Assembly: GCA_964228815.1 (NCBI GenBank)
Contig: CAXRAL010000015.1
Span: 1-63,148 of the forward strand
Origin: Candidatus Poseidoniaceae archaeon
GTDB taxonomy: Archaea; Thermoplasmatota; Poseidoniia; Poseidoniales; Poseidoniaceae
Length of the DNA: 63,148 nt
Direction: 5' to 3'
Shown here: one piece after another, positions 24,814-35,351 of the stretch
How positions within the stretch are numbered: the stretch's first letter is position 1
Layout: the number at the start of each line of letters is the position of its first letter
Program-made: the position numbers and the translations under genes
The notes under the pieces: model-generated
Seen by the model: the letters and a program-made list of their open reading frames with translations, nothing else
What the model was told of the DNA's origin: nothing
The model's database searches: none

Positions 24814-26106
24814 TCAAATCACGGCAGGTTCATCCGACGTGTTGGGAGAAACGCAGAGCAAGAGAACCTCGCCGTGAGGGTGGCGGGCTACAAATCCGAC
24901 GCGGTCGCCGTGCCTTCGCTTGAGTTGTCGGTCGAGTGAACCCTGAAGTTTTGGCTGCAGGGCCGGGTCCAAATCGAACCGCAGTTTGACGGAGGACAAG
25001 CGATGGTCCAGCGCAACGGTCACCAACCGGTCAACCGTCGTCTCGTCGAGCGTGAACGAGAGAAGCTCAACCACCCTGCCGGTGGCCTGAACGAGTCGTT
25101 GGTCGCCCGATTGAAGTCGGAGCGGGCGTTCGTGATGGAGTTGTGGCCGTCGACCCTCAAGTGTGGCCCACCGCCCTTCGTCGTTCGGTGCGACGCGTGC
25201 CAGCCAGTCGGCCATCAAACCGCTCTCCAACAAGGCAGCGTCAAGGATGCTGACGTGCTCGTTTCGCTTCGGCGGGTGATGGCGCTCTTCAAGTTCGGTG
25301 GCGAGGGTGGTTGACCGAAGGATGACCGGTTGGTCCGCCATCGATGGGGGGACACGAACGAAGCGGCGCGTGGCGTCCGGGTCGGCCACGCCCCCGAGCC
25401 ACAACGCCAACCGGTCCACACGACCTCGACCCCGAGAGGTCCACTCCCAGGTTCGAGCGATACCGGGCCACGTTTCATCCACGATGGCTTCGACTTCCGT
25501 TCGCTGAGCGGTGGTCAGGCGGGGCGAGAGGTCAAGCAGGACCGCCGGCCCTGCATCAGACGGGGTGAAGTGCGGCGCCCATGCAGCGAGCACACGGTGC
25601 AACGGTGGCTGCATTTCCTCGAGTGCGTGGGTTCGGCTGTTTCTTGGTCGTGCCGGGTCAAGGTGGAGGAACGCCACGGTGGTCCACGGCTCATCCAATG
25701 ATTTCAGCACGCCCACCGCATCGGTTCCGTCCCCGCTGATGATGCGGCTGGAGCGGTACCAATCCTCGTCACTGGCACGGCTGTGTTCGACCAACGAACG
25801 CACGTTCACGGCGCTGGCCTTCGCTCGTTCTTCTGCTAACTCGACCCCCAGTACCGGTCGCTTGAGAGCCGTGGCGTAGGCCGCTAATTGGATTCCACTT
25901 CCACAGGCGCAGTCGAGTACCCAACCCTCCGGCAGACGGTGACGGCCGACCATCCCGGCACGAAGCGCTGCGACCTGCCAAGGCGTGGCCAGCGGGCGCC
26001 CTTCGTTGGCATGATAGAACACCAACCCTTCCGGTGCCGTGGTGTCTTGTGCCCGTTCAACCAACCCTTCAGTGGCGGTTTCGCTTGGGGTCAGGCTCCG
26101 GTGCAA
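24814..26106 (-). CDS. Class I SAM-dependent methyltransferase (probable RNA methyltransferase)
   Basis: SAM motif I VLDCACGSGIQLAAYA, acidic loop LGVELAEERA, and LHLDPARP motif-IV-like. 430 aa with a C-terminal extra domain. 9 nt downstream of pyrE, so probably co-transcribed. Confidence 0.65.
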   Translation of the reverse strand: MHRSLTPSETATEGLVERAQDTTAPEGLVFYHANEGRPLATPWQVAALRAGMVGRHRLPEGWVLDCACGSGIQLAAYATALKRPVLGVELAEERAKASAVNVRSLVEHSRASDEDWYRSSRIISGDGTDAVGVLKSLDEPWTTVAFLHLDPARPRNSRTHALEEMQPPLHRVLAAWAPHFTPSDAGPAVLLDLSPRLTTAQRTEVEAIVDETWPGIARTWEWTSRGRGRVDRLALWLGGVADPDATRRFVRVPPSMADQPVILRSTTLATELEERHHPPKRNEHVSILDAALLESGLMADWLARVAPNDEGRWATLEGRRPQLHHERPLRLQSGDQRLVQATGRVVELLSFTLDETTVDRLVTVALDHRLSSVKLRFDLDPALQPKLQGSLDRQLKRRHGDRVGFVARHPHGEVLLLCVSPNTSDEPAVI

Positions 26107-26115
26107 CGGACCACC

Positions 26116-26715
26116 TCACAATGCCACGATGTCAGATCGCGTCAGAAGCGATTCGAACGGAATACCCGCCTCAGCAAACGCCGCTTCCGCCCCCTCTTCT
26201 CGGTCAAGAATGCTGATGACGCCGACGACCTGGCAGGCGGTGTCCTGATGAATGCGCTCAACGGCGACAATCGACGACCCTCCTGTGGTGGTCACGTCTT
26301 CAACGATGACCACCTTCCCGCCTGCTTCCAATGAAGTGCCCTCAATGCCGGGTGGATTGTTCGTTTTCCTCCCACCTCGGCCCTTGGGGTTCTTTCTCAC
26401 CATGAAGCCGCGAAGCGTGCTTTGTGCATGAGGTGATGTGACCGCGATGGCAGTGAGGGGTACAGCGCCCAACTCGAGCCCCCCGACAAGGGAAGCGTCC
26501 ATGGCTTGGATGCGGAGGTTGAGCAGCTCACCCATGATGCCAGCGGCCTCGGGGTGCATCATCACCGGTTTGGTATCGAAGAACCAGCGAGATTCTCGCC
26601 CGCTGGCGAGCGTGAACGCCGCATCGTGCCCACCGTCGAGAAAGGCCAAGTCGTGCACCAATTCGGCCAGCCTCGGCCATCGCTCGTGGTTGCGAACGGT
26701 GTCGTGAACGCCCAT
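26116..26715 (-). CDS. pyrE: Orotate phosphoribosyltransferase
   Basis: FTLASGRESRWFFDTKPV and PRPP-binding VVIVEDVTTTGGSSI. Start trimmed to ATG 26715 (MGVHDTV...). Confidence 0.88.
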   Translation of the reverse strand: MGVHDTVRNHERWPRLAELVHDLAFLDGGHDAAFTLASGRESRWFFDTKPVMMHPEAAGIMGELLNLRIQAMDASLVGGLELGAVPLTAIAVTSPHAQSTLRGFMVRKNPKGRGGRKTNNPPGIEGTSLEAGGKVVIVEDVTTTGGSSIVAVERIHQDTACQVVGVISILDREEGAEAAFAEAGIPFESLLTRSDIVAL

Positions 26716-26800
26716 GGTCGGTTCCTTGGTGGACACGACATGAACTTTCCTTCTCTCAAACGGCCATCCATTGCTACCGAGGTGATGATAAAGGGTCGGC

Positions 26801-29800
26801 ATGAACAGAATCCGAGCGACCATGAGCCAACCGGACGAGGGCGTGAATTTGGGGGCAAAAAATCCCCTCATTGGCGTTGACGTTGAGCGTTTGGAGCGTG
26901 AAATGGAGGCCTACCATCAATGGCTCGACGAACGAGCGGATGATGCGTATCGCATCGCTGAGCAAGCTCGTCAGCAGGGATTTGACCACAAGGACAGGGT
27001 GGAAATCCCTCGAGCCTCCGACCTAGCCGGGCGAACGGAAAAACTCCTCATCGAACACCTTGAGGGTTACGAGGTCGCCGACGACATCCGCAACCTGCTG
27101 GAAGAACACGACCGTGAAACCACGTCGATCATCATTGCACAGTCGGTGGCCCGCGGGTTCCGAGATTCGGGATATGATTTGGAGAAATCCATCGATGTTG
27201 GCCTTCGTGTCGGTCTTGCTGTGTTGACCGAGGCCGTTCTTGTGGCCCCGTTGGAAGGCATCAGTGAAGTCCGTCTGCTCAACAACATCGATGGTTCCCA
27301 GTTCGTTTCTGTTCATTTCGCAGGCCCGATTCGCGCCGCAGGTGGAACCGCCCAAGCGCTGGCCGTTCTCATCGCCGACATGATTCGTCGGGAACTCAAC
27401 ATCGGACACTATCAGCCGACGGACCCCGAAGTTGAGCGTGTGAAGGAAGAATTCGGTCTCTATCGTGGGAATCTCCAGTATCGACCATCACCTCAGGAAA
27501 TTGACGAAATCGTCCGAGCATGCCCGGTGATGATCAACGGTGAATCCACCGAACGTATCGAGTGCGCTGGCTATGGCAACGTCCGAAACATCGACGAGGC
27601 CCGTATCCGAGGCGGCGTCCTCCTTGTCATCGGTGAAGGCATGTGCCTGAAAGCACCCAAGATTCAGAAACACACCGAACGATTGAGTGTACCTGGATGG
27701 GACTTTATTGCGAAGTTCGCCGCACGCGGAAAAGAATCGGAGGACGCTGGCAAAGCTACGTTCAAAAGTCAGCAGATTCAACCGATTACCAAGTTCATGA
27801 AGGACATCATCGCCGGACGACCGGTGTTTGGTGGACCGCTCCAACCGGGCGGTTTCCGACTCCGCTACGGGCGTGCACGCCCTTCGGGTTTGGCAGCTGC
27901 TTCCACCAACACCGCCTCCATGCTGGCGCTAGATGATTTCATCACCATCGGGACGCAGATGAAAATCGAACGGCCGGGGAAGGCCTGCGCCATCACGCCC
28001 TGCGACGAGGCCGAGGGTCCTTGGGTGGTGTTGGAGGACGGGCGATTTTTGCGCGTTGACGAGCCTTCGGCCTACGCTGTTCTTCGCCACCGTGTGAAGC
28101 AGGTATGGGACAACGGCGAGTTGGTGATCGGCTATGGGGAATTCATGGAGAACAACAAGCGCCTTGTTCCCGCAGGCTACACGATGGACTGGTGGGCCAG
28201 CGATATGTTGGACAACCTCGAGAGCGAGGACGACATCCATGCGTTCCTCGAGGTCTTGGGCGAGAAGAGGTCGGCTTGGCCGCCGGGTGCTCCGGGCCTA
28301 CCTGCCTCGGAAGCGGAAGACGGACACGACCAGTTTTGGGTCCGATGTGACTGGCACGAGCGTCTCCGTCAATGCGAGTTGACGTGGAGCCAAGCGCATC
28401 GCTTCGCCCGCCGATATGCCACCTCCCTGCCTCCGCCCCACAATCCTTGGTTCAAGGACCTCCCGCTCGAATGGCTTCCTGCCCTCTTGGACCAGCTTGA
28501 AACCTCGGTCATCGAAGCCCAACCGGCCGATAGCGAAGCGCCGGAGGGGGCTCGCCCCTTGCCCAGCGAGCGCCGTTTGCGGCTGCCGGGAGGGGCTCGG
28601 AATTGGACGCCGAAAATGATGGACGACCTCGAACCCGAATCGCTTCCCTCACTCGACAGTGTTCAACTCCCGGGATTGACGGTCGAACTTGAAGCACCGA
28701 TCATGGTCAACGGACTTCCCGAAGGATGGGCCCTTCACCAACACGGGCTGGTCAAAGGCGCCATGATGCTCCTGGGTCTTCCTCATCATCACGAGGGTGA
28801 TGATGTCGTGGTCACGGCGGGTTGGGAAGCACTCCTTGAGGGTCTTGGCTTCTCCTTCGATGGGGAGAAGCCCCTACGAACGAAGGACGCCCGACACGTT
28901 GCGACCGAGCGAATTCACGCTCTCCGTCAGGCAAAAGAGGTGTTGAACGAGGAACGGGCTCGAAAAGGTGCATTGGAAAAGGAGCGTGCGACGATTCGAA
29001 TCGCTGCTGAAACCGGGGCTCGTCAACGTGGGCTTGGAATTGCAGAAACCGACCAGGTCGGTCGAGATGCGGCGGCCTCGGTCCCCGATAACGGGCCCCG
29101 CGACCCTGCTGCCTACCTCGCCGCTCAGCGCCTCGAAGACGAGCACGCCGTCGAGGGCATCATGGTGCTCGTCCGGTCGCTGTCGGACCTTCGTTGGGAA
29201 CACAGCGCTCCAGTCCGTGTCGGTTGCAGAATGGGACGGCCAGAGAAGGCGGCCCCCCGGGTCATGAACCCGATGACGCACTCGTTGTTCCCCATCGAAT
29301 TGAACGGTGGAAATCAACGCTTGCTCAACAACGCCATCGACAAACGAACCATTCGAGTCCAACTCGGTCGACGAACCTGCTCAACCTGCGGCCAAGAATC
29401 GCCTTACCTCCGCTGCCACCATCGGGCACTGGATGCCCACGGCGAGGGCAAAGCCGGTGAAACCTGCGGCGGCCCAACCACCGCTAACCCCACGAAATCC
29501 AACGCTTACCGGCGGGGAGAGGTCCAATCCGTGCGGATGGACGAGATGGTGGAAGATGCCCGTATCCGTCTCGGGATTGACCGCCTGCCTGCGCAGGTCA
29601 AATGCATGAAGAAACTGAACAGTCGAGACCAAACACCGGAAGCCATCGAGAAAGGTATCCTCCGTGCCAAGCACGAGTTGCCGGTGTTCAGGGACGGTAC
29701 GGTTCGTTACGACATGAGCGATGTACCAACCACGCACTTTACGCCTCGTGAAATTGGCGTCCCGTGGAAAACCCTGCACGGTCTCGGCTACACGCACGAT

Positions 29801-30919
29801 TACCGCGGTGCGCCGCTGGAAGACGACGAACAAATGCTCGAGCTCTTCCCACAAGATTTCATCGTCGCCAAAGGAGCGGCCGATTTCCTGCTCCGCACGG
29901 CCAAGTACATCGATGAATTGCTGGTCCGCTTCTACAACATGGAACCCTACTACAACGCCGACAAAGCCGATGACCTCGTCGGCCACCTCATCTGCGCCCT
30001 TGCACCCCACACCAGTGGAGGGGTGCTGTCCCGAATCATCGGTTGGGCGGATTGTTCAGGTGGATACGCCCATCCACTCTTCCATGCTGCCAAGCGGCGC
30101 AACTGTGACGGCGATGAAGACGCCATCATGCTGTTGATGGACGGTTTGCTCAACTTCAGCCGGGACATTTTGCCCGCCAACCGTGGCGGTCAGATGGACG
30201 CGCCGCTCGTTCTCACCACTCGCTTGAATCCCACAGAGGTTGACAAAGAGGCCCTTAACGTCGATTCCGCATGGTTCTACGAGCGTGATTTCTACGAAGC
30301 AACCCTCAGCCAGCCGCACCCGAAGGACATTCAGGATCGCATGGATTTCGTCGAACGTCGACTTGGGAGCGTGGCGGCCGTGCGTGGATACGGCTACACG
30401 CACGACTGCCATGCCATTGACCAAGGCCCTGCGCTTTCGGCCTACAAGACCCTCGAGACGATGATTGACAAGATGAACGGGCAACTGGCCCTTGGTCACC
30501 GTTTGCGCGGTGTGAACGTTCGTCAAGTGGCCTCGAGCGTGGTGCGGTCCCACTTCCTTCCGGATCTTCGGGGTAACCTCAACGCCTACGGCCGGCAAAA
30601 AGTTCGCTGCCTCAAATGCGCTCATTCCTACCGGCGCATGCCCATTTCTGGGAGTTGCATTCAGCCGAAAAAGGAGACTGGACGAGGTCTAGCTCGCATG
30701 GGTGTCGCCAAGGCAGAAGGGGGGTTGTGCAATGGAAACCTGGCGCTCACCGTTTCCGAGGGTGCGGTTCGAAAATACATCGAAGTCATGCGTTTCGTCA
30801 TGGACCACTACGGCGTGGATTTGTACACGCGGCAAAACGCTGAATGGTTGGCATCCAGCGCCGATTCGTTGTTCAACAACGACCGCGCCAAGCAACTCTC
30901 GTTGTCTGACTTTTTGTGA
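26801..30919 (+). CDS. polC: DNA polymerase II (PolD) large subunit DP2
   Basis: 1372 aa. N-terminal EIPRASDLAGRTEKLL, RLRYGRARPSGLAA, catalytic KRRNCDGDEDAIMLLMD, GGQMDAPLVLT, and C-terminal Cys clusters (KVRCLKCAHSY...SGSC). No intein-like insertion is evident. The start could instead be a downstream Met. Confidence 0.93.
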   Translation: MNRIRATMSQPDEGVNLGAKNPLIGVDVERLEREMEAYHQWLDERADDAYRIAEQARQQGFDHKDRVEIPRASDLAGRTEKLLIEHLEGYEVADDIRNLLEEHDRETTSIIIAQSVARGFRDSGYDLEKSIDVGLRVGLAVLTEAVLVAPLEGISEVRLLNNIDGSQFVSVHFAGPIRAAGGTAQALAVLIADMIRRELNIGHYQPTDPEVERVKEEFGLYRGNLQYRPSPQEIDEIVRACPVMINGESTERIECAGYGNVRNIDEARIRGGVLLVIGEGMCLKAPKIQKHTERLSVPGWDFIAKFAARGKESEDAGKATFKSQQIQPITKFMKDIIAGRPVFGGPLQPGGFRLRYGRARPSGLAAASTNTASMLALDDFITIGTQMKIERPGKACAITPCDEAEGPWVVLEDGRFLRVDEPSAYAVLRHRVKQVWDNGELVIGYGEFMENNKRLVPAGYTMDWWASDMLDNLESEDDIHAFLEVLGEKRSAWPPGAPGLPASEAEDGHDQFWVRCDWHERLRQCELTWSQAHRFARRYATSLPPPHNPWFKDLPLEWLPALLDQLETSVIEAQPADSEAPEGARPLPSERRLRLPGGARNWTPKMMDDLEPESLPSLDSVQLPGLTVELEAPIMVNGLPEGWALHQHGLVKGAMMLLGLPHHHEGDDVVVTAGWEALLEGLGFSFDGEKPLRTKDARHVATERIHALRQAKEVLNEERARKGALEKERATIRIAAETGARQRGLGIAETDQVGRDAAASVPDNGPRDPAAYLAAQRLEDEHAVEGIMVLVRSLSDLRWEHSAPVRVGCRMGRPEKAAPRVMNPMTHSLFPIELNGGNQRLLNNAIDKRTIRVQLGRRTCSTCGQESPYLRCHHRALDAHGEGKAGETCGGPTTANPTKSNAYRRGEVQSVRMDEMVEDARIRLGIDRLPAQVKCMKKLNSRDQTPEAIEKGILRAKHELPVFRDGTVRYDMSDVPTTHFTPREIGVPWKTLHGLGYTHDYRGAPLEDDEQMLELFPQDFIVAKGAADFLLRTAKYIDELLVRFYNMEPYYNADKADDLVGHLICALAPHTSGGVLSRIIGWADCSGGYAHPLFHAAKRRNCDGDEDAIMLLMDGLLNFSRDILPANRGGQMDAPLVLTTRLNPTEVDKEALNVDSAWFYERDFYEATLSQPHPKDIQDRMDFVERRLGSVAAVRGYGYTHDCHAIDQGPALSAYKTLETMIDKMNGQLALGHRLRGVNVRQVASSVVRSHFLPDLRGNLNAYGRQKVRCLKCAHSYRRMPISGSCIQPKKETGRGLARMGVAKAEGGLCNGNLALTVSEGAVRKYIEVMRFVMDHYGVDLYTRQNAEWLASSADSLFNNDRAKQLSLSDFL

Positions 30920-31540
30920 TCAGCGCAAGGGCTCGCGCCACGGCGAGTCCGAGGCATCCCAAGCCAACGAATTCTCTTCGTGCGAATAGCCTGCAGGCTT
31001 GAAAGGTGCCTTTTCTTTCTGCTGCGTTGGCTGGGAAGTCGCACGGCGAGCCAGCAGTTTGCGTACCCCTTGTTCACCCCAAGCGAGGAGAACCAACAGC
31101 GCCGTGAGCACCACATGACCAATCGTTTGCACGGCTGCAAGCGGTTTCAATTCGAGCTGTTGCTCGACCACAATGCCTTCATCCACAATGGTTTCAATCG
31201 TGTACGTTCCGGGGTCAAGTTCGCCGGTCCATACCGGGGCCTCGTCGGAGAGCAGGCCCGACCAAGCGTGAACGGTGGTTTCGTTGTCGAGTTTGATGGC
31301 GTAGCTGACGTTACCTTCGTCCAACGACGTGCTGGAGAAGACGGTTTCGAAGGCGGCGGGCATCGGCGAAGAGGAGCCAAAGACAGGCGAAATGTTCACT
31401 TCACGGTAGGTTTGAAACTGGTCTTCAGCATTGATTTCATTGAGTGCAGATTGGCCGGCGACGTTGAGCCACAGCACATTGACCAAGACGACGGCCGCCG
31501 CCCAAAGGAGCACGGTTTGCCACGACCAGGCTCGCTCCAT
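30920..31540 (-). CDS. Hypothetical bitopic membrane protein
   Basis: N-terminal TM WQTVLLWAAAVVLVNVLWL, an extracytoplasmic segment of about 110 aa, a second TM IGHVVLTALLVLLAW and a basic tail. No family recognised. Confidence 0.55.
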   Translation of the reverse strand: MERAWSWQTVLLWAAAVVLVNVLWLNVAGQSALNEINAEDQFQTYREVNISPVFGSSSPMPAAFETVFSSTSLDEGNVSYAIKLDNETTVHAWSGLLSDEAPVWTGELDPGTYTIETIVDEGIVVEQQLELKPLAAVQTIGHVVLTALLVLLAWGEQGVRKLLARRATSQPTQQKEKAPFKPAGYSHEENSLAWDASDSPWREPLR

Positions 31541-31597
31541 GGTTTTGGTTGCGGCGGGGTCCTCTTAGCCTTATGTTCGCCTTCCACCGCCAAGTGT

Positions 31598-32329
31598 TCA
31601 CCTTCGGCGTTGGGCCCAATTCGGGTCAATGAGGTCCAAGACCCGTGCCATCCAAGTGAGTTTGGCGAGTTTCCTTTCGGGGTCGGTTGCTCCCGACCAC
31701 GGTCCGACCTGGTCGGTTGAATAGCCGACAAAGGAAAGACGCCCCTTGGGGACGCCCAAGGCCAACAGAAAGCAGGCTGCTCGGTCGCCGTCGGTGAACC
31801 CACCAACGTTGTACGCGTCCACGTACATGTCATCGCACTGATGGGTGAGCACCAGGGGGATGCCGCCCGACGAAGCCCACCTTCTCAGGCAAGCCTTCCA
31901 GGTATCGATGTTGTCTCCGTGGGCATGAATCACCAACGGAATGTTCCGTTCGACCGCTTTGGACAGGTGCGGCTCGCCGTCGAGATCGGACACCACGCAA
32001 ACCACATCAACGCGATCCAAGCACGCCCCAACAGCTCCGTCAGCGGCGACGAAGACGGTGCCTTTGTCCCATGCTTGTTCGAGATCGCCCTCACGCACAC
32101 CCGCACCGACGAGCACGATGTGCTGTGCTCCAGTGAGCGTTTCATGGAGCAGGCTCAAGGTGGATTCCCGGGCCTCGGCCGTCCAACCACAGGCCTCGGC
32201 CTGGGGATGGTTGTTGCACGCCTCTCTCAGCATCGCGGCACTTCGCTGGTCGGCCTCGTATCTCCAGCCAAAGTGGGCTCTCACCTCATGCTGAACGGCC
32301 ACCAGCGACGGGGGGGCATCCAGCCTCAT
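31598..32329 (-). CDS. mptE: MptE-like 6-hydroxymethylpterin diphosphokinase (DUF115 family)
   Basis: IVLVGAGVREGDL...VFVAADGAVGACL...VVCVVSDLDGEP...LVIHAHGDNID...FTDGDRAACFL matches the DUF115 pattern as I recall it. The ORF extends to 32365. The internal ATG 32329 is preferred because it leaves a divergent promoter gap with priL. Confidence 0.55.
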   Translation of the reverse strand: MRLDAPPSLVAVQHEVRAHFGWRYEADQRSAAMLREACNNHPQAEACGWTAEARESTLSLLHETLTGAQHIVLVGAGVREGDLEQAWDKGTVFVAADGAVGACLDRVDVVCVVSDLDGEPHLSKAVERNIPLVIHAHGDNIDTWKACLRRWASSGGIPLVLTHQCDDMYVDAYNVGGFTDGDRAACFLLALGVPKGRLSFVGYSTDQVGPWSGATDPERKLAKLTWMARVLDLIDPNWAQRRR

Positions 32330-32406
32330 GAGCCGAGTGGAGCGGCTGCAGGTCAAGAACTCCACCCAATGTGGAACTTCATAATCCGTGGCCCCGTCCT
32401 CCTACC

Positions 32407-33621
32407 ATGCCCGTCCCCACCTCTCCGCCCTCCATTGCGGATGAGGTCACCTTGGCCCGGTATCCGTTCCTGCCTCAGGCTTCGGATTGGATTCGCAACA
32501 TGGCCGTGCGACACAGCATTGATCTGAACGAATTGCTGGAAGGGTCGTGGATGGAACAGGCTCGCCAGCGGGCACGCATCCGTCTCATCGACTCGGTGCA
32601 ATCCAAGGAGGGCGTTCAGGTCGTCGGCGGCGATATTCACACCGAGGAGGGGCGCCTCATCGAGGCGTTCTCCTTCTACTACGCTCGCTTGGTGATGTGC
32701 GCCAGTGAAGATGAGCGGCTCATCGCTCGCTGGGCGCAAGCTGAGGCAGCAAGAGCTGAGCAGTTGTTGATTCAGGACGCCAGCAACCTCCCTGCAGTGG
32801 CCAACACGTACCTGTCACAAGTGGAATCCGTGAGCGGTTCCTCAATCTCATCGCCCGCCATGGCTGGCATGTCCATGCACCAACTTCGCCAGTCGCCGTC
32901 GAACGAATGGCGAGTTGGCCTTGCAGATTTCATTGAGGTCTGTCCGAAGATCACCGGCAACCGGTGGCGCTTACCGAACGTTGACATCGAGAACGGTTGG
33001 GTCAAACTCCACAACGAGCGTCAATACGCTTCATCGGCCAAATTGGCTCGATTGTTGCGTGAACGAATCAAGGCTGGCATTGAGGCGGAAGCCCTTGAGA
33101 AAATGGCGGAGGTTACCACCGACCTCGCCGTTCGGTTGGCTGAACCCGTCGGGATGGTCAGAAACCTGATGGCCAACAAAGCCAGCGAAGCCATTGCGCT
33201 GGTCGGTGCCGAAGAAAGCGATTGGCCGCCTTGCATGCAGAAGATCATTGCGGACCTCGCCGGAGGCGTCAACGTCAATCACTTCGGGCGGTTATTCCTC
33301 GCATCAATGTCCGCCACGCTGGCGCTGCCCCAGGAGTCGTGTGTGAACTTCTTTCGTGGGGCTCCCGACTTCAGCGAAGCCACCACCTCCTACCAAGTTC
33401 AGCACGTGTATCAACACGAATACACGCCCGCCGGTTGTGGGAAACTCAAGGTGAATCACAATTGCCCCGTGCTTCCGGGTGATAACCGTACATGCGACCA
33501 ATCGTGGATGGACCATCCGCTGAAGTACATTCGCGCCACGCAACGGTGGAAACGACTCACTGAACGCCCTGTAACAACCGATGCACCTGCAAGCGAGAGC
33601 GAAACCAATTCTGAAGGTTGA
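32407..33621 (+). CDS. priL: DNA primase large subunit PriL
   Basis: ARYPFLPQASDWI near the N-terminus, the conserved WPPCMQKIIADLAGGVNVNHFGRLFLASM, and C-terminal Fe-S cysteines (AGCGKLKVNHNCP...RTCD). The ORF opens at 32371, and the start is ambiguous between 32371 and 32407. Confidence 0.82.
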   Translation: MPVPTSPPSIADEVTLARYPFLPQASDWIRNMAVRHSIDLNELLEGSWMEQARQRARIRLIDSVQSKEGVQVVGGDIHTEEGRLIEAFSFYYARLVMCASEDERLIARWAQAEAARAEQLLIQDASNLPAVANTYLSQVESVSGSSISSPAMAGMSMHQLRQSPSNEWRVGLADFIEVCPKITGNRWRLPNVDIENGWVKLHNERQYASSAKLARLLRERIKAGIEAEALEKMAEVTTDLAVRLAEPVGMVRNLMANKASEAIALVGAEESDWPPCMQKIIADLAGGVNVNHFGRLFLASMSATLALPQESCVNFFRGAPDFSEATTSYQVQHVYQHEYTPAGCGKLKVNHNCPVLPGDNRTCDQSWMDHPLKYIRATQRWKRLTERPVTTDAPASESETNSEG

Positions 33622-33670
33622 CCCTCGTTGAAGGCGTGTTCTCTAAATCAAATGATGCCGGGGTTGGGCC

Positions 33671-35272
33671 ATGGAGCGAGGTGAGGGGTCCCATGCCGAC
33701 GCCGACCAGCTCCCTTTCTCCTACCGATGGGTTCGTCGTTTCTACCGCTTTTTGACCAACGTTTGGTTTCGAGAGGTCAACGTCGTCGACGACGACCATC
33801 TTCCGCCTGAGGGTGGACGGTTGTACATCACGTGGCATCCGAGTGGACTCATCGATCCCATGTTGATGACCGCTGTACTCCCCGGTCAGTTGACCACCGT
33901 TGCGAAGCATACCCTCTTTCGGGTTCCGTTGCTGGGGCGTTTGCTGAAATTCTCCGGTGTGGTTCCTGTTGAACGGGCGAACGACACCAGCGACCCGGAC
34001 GGTGCGAGGCAACGAAATGCTGAGCGACTGGCAGGTCTGGCTTCTGGTCTTGCGCAGGGCAAGGACGTGTTGATTTTTCCAGAAGGCTCCACGCACAGCG
34101 GTTCGGAAGTTCGGCGCGTTCGGTCGGGAGCGGCTCGAATCCTCTTGGCGGCGCTCCGAGAAGCCGATGCTGCAGGGCTTCCACGTCCCAACGTCATTCC
34201 TGTCGGCCTTCACTACTCAGAGACGCAACGCTTCCGGGAGCGTGCAGCCGTTGTGATCGAGCGCACGATGCCGCTACCTGATCCACCCTCGCTCGGGCAT
34301 GAAACGGAGGCTCAGGACCGCCTTGATCGGGAATGGGTGGACGAGGTTACCGAACTCTTTGCGGCCGAACTTCACCGCGTGAACCATGCCAAATCCTCGT
34401 GGGCTGAACGGACGCTCATTTGGCGCGGCCGAAGTTTGGTGTATGCTGAGAAACAACGAATGGCCGGGGACAAGTTGACCAAACCTTCGTTTTCTGCCTC
34501 CGTGCTCGCCGCTCGTCGTCTACGAGCCGGTTGGGAGTTCATGGCCGAGCATCGGTCTGACGAAACCCATCGACTGGCTGAACGTTGCCGGCATCACTTC
34601 GAGGAGTTGGAGAACCGTGGCATTACGCCCTACGATGTGGATTCACGCCCCGAGCGACTATCGCCGTTGGCGTACGTGAAAATTTTCCTTCAGTGGCTGT
34701 GGGCTTTTTCGTGGATGTTTGGCTTGGTCACGTGGAGCGCCGTGGCAGGAAATGCCGTTCCATACAAGGCAAACGGGTGGTTCAGCAACGCCATGAAACG
34801 ACGGGAGATTGATTCCTCTGCCATCGGTTCGATGAAGGTCCTTTCCGCCATCGTGTTCTTTCCCATTTGGTGGGTGCTCGCCTCTCTCTTCATCACGTGG
34901 TCCTTACTCAGCTCCGCCAGCCCGCTCAACGCCCTGCTTCTCTCGCACTGGTTGTTGCTCAGCGTCACCAAACTCCCAGCCGTTGGCGTGTTCTTGGTCT
35001 TCATGGTGTGGTGGCCCACCTCCGCAAGGTTGCATCTGAAGCTGTACGCCAGGTTGGTCGTAGGCGCACAAAACCTGCGACGATGGAGCCGTTGGAAAGA
35101 CGAATCAAACGATTGGGCGGTCTTGGTGAAAGAACAGCGCCATCTCTCGGCTGAACTGGTGAGCCTCGGGACGGAATTGGTGCTCCCCGGAGACCCCGAT
35201 TGGGAAGATCCGCCACCGGGTCAGGACGACGTCGATTCAGTGCGTTTTCGCACGCTCAAATCCACCGCTTGA
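33671..35272 (+). CDS. PlsC-family (lysophospholipid/glycerol-phosphate) acyltransferase with C-terminal membrane domain
   Basis: Acyltransferase block I ITWHPSGLIDP, block II-like AKHTLFRVPLLGRLL, and block III VLIFPEGSTHSG. The C-terminal half has 3-4 TM helices (IFLQWLWAFSWMFGLVTW, VLSAIVFFPIWWVLASLFITW, VGVFLVFMVWW). Confidence 0.7.
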   Translation: MERGEGSHADADQLPFSYRWVRRFYRFLTNVWFREVNVVDDDHLPPEGGRLYITWHPSGLIDPMLMTAVLPGQLTTVAKHTLFRVPLLGRLLKFSGVVPVERANDTSDPDGARQRNAERLAGLASGLAQGKDVLIFPEGSTHSGSEVRRVRSGAARILLAALREADAAGLPRPNVIPVGLHYSETQRFRERAAVVIERTMPLPDPPSLGHETEAQDRLDREWVDEVTELFAAELHRVNHAKSSWAERTLIWRGRSLVYAEKQRMAGDKLTKPSFSASVLAARRLRAGWEFMAEHRSDETHRLAERCRHHFEELENRGITPYDVDSRPERLSPLAYVKIFLQWLWAFSWMFGLVTWSAVAGNAVPYKANGWFSNAMKRREIDSSAIGSMKVLSAIVFFPIWWVLASLFITWSLLSSASPLNALLLSHWLLLSVTKLPAVGVFLVFMVWWPTSARLHLKLYARLVVGAQNLRRWSRWKDESNDWAVLVKEQRHLSAELVSLGTELVLPGDPDWEDPPPGQDDVDSVRFRTLKSTA

Positions 35273-35351
35273 CACCCATGATGAGGGGATTTTTTCACAA
35301 GGGTTTGAATGAAAGAAGCGCGGTGGAGTTACCAAACGGGGGTGCACACGA

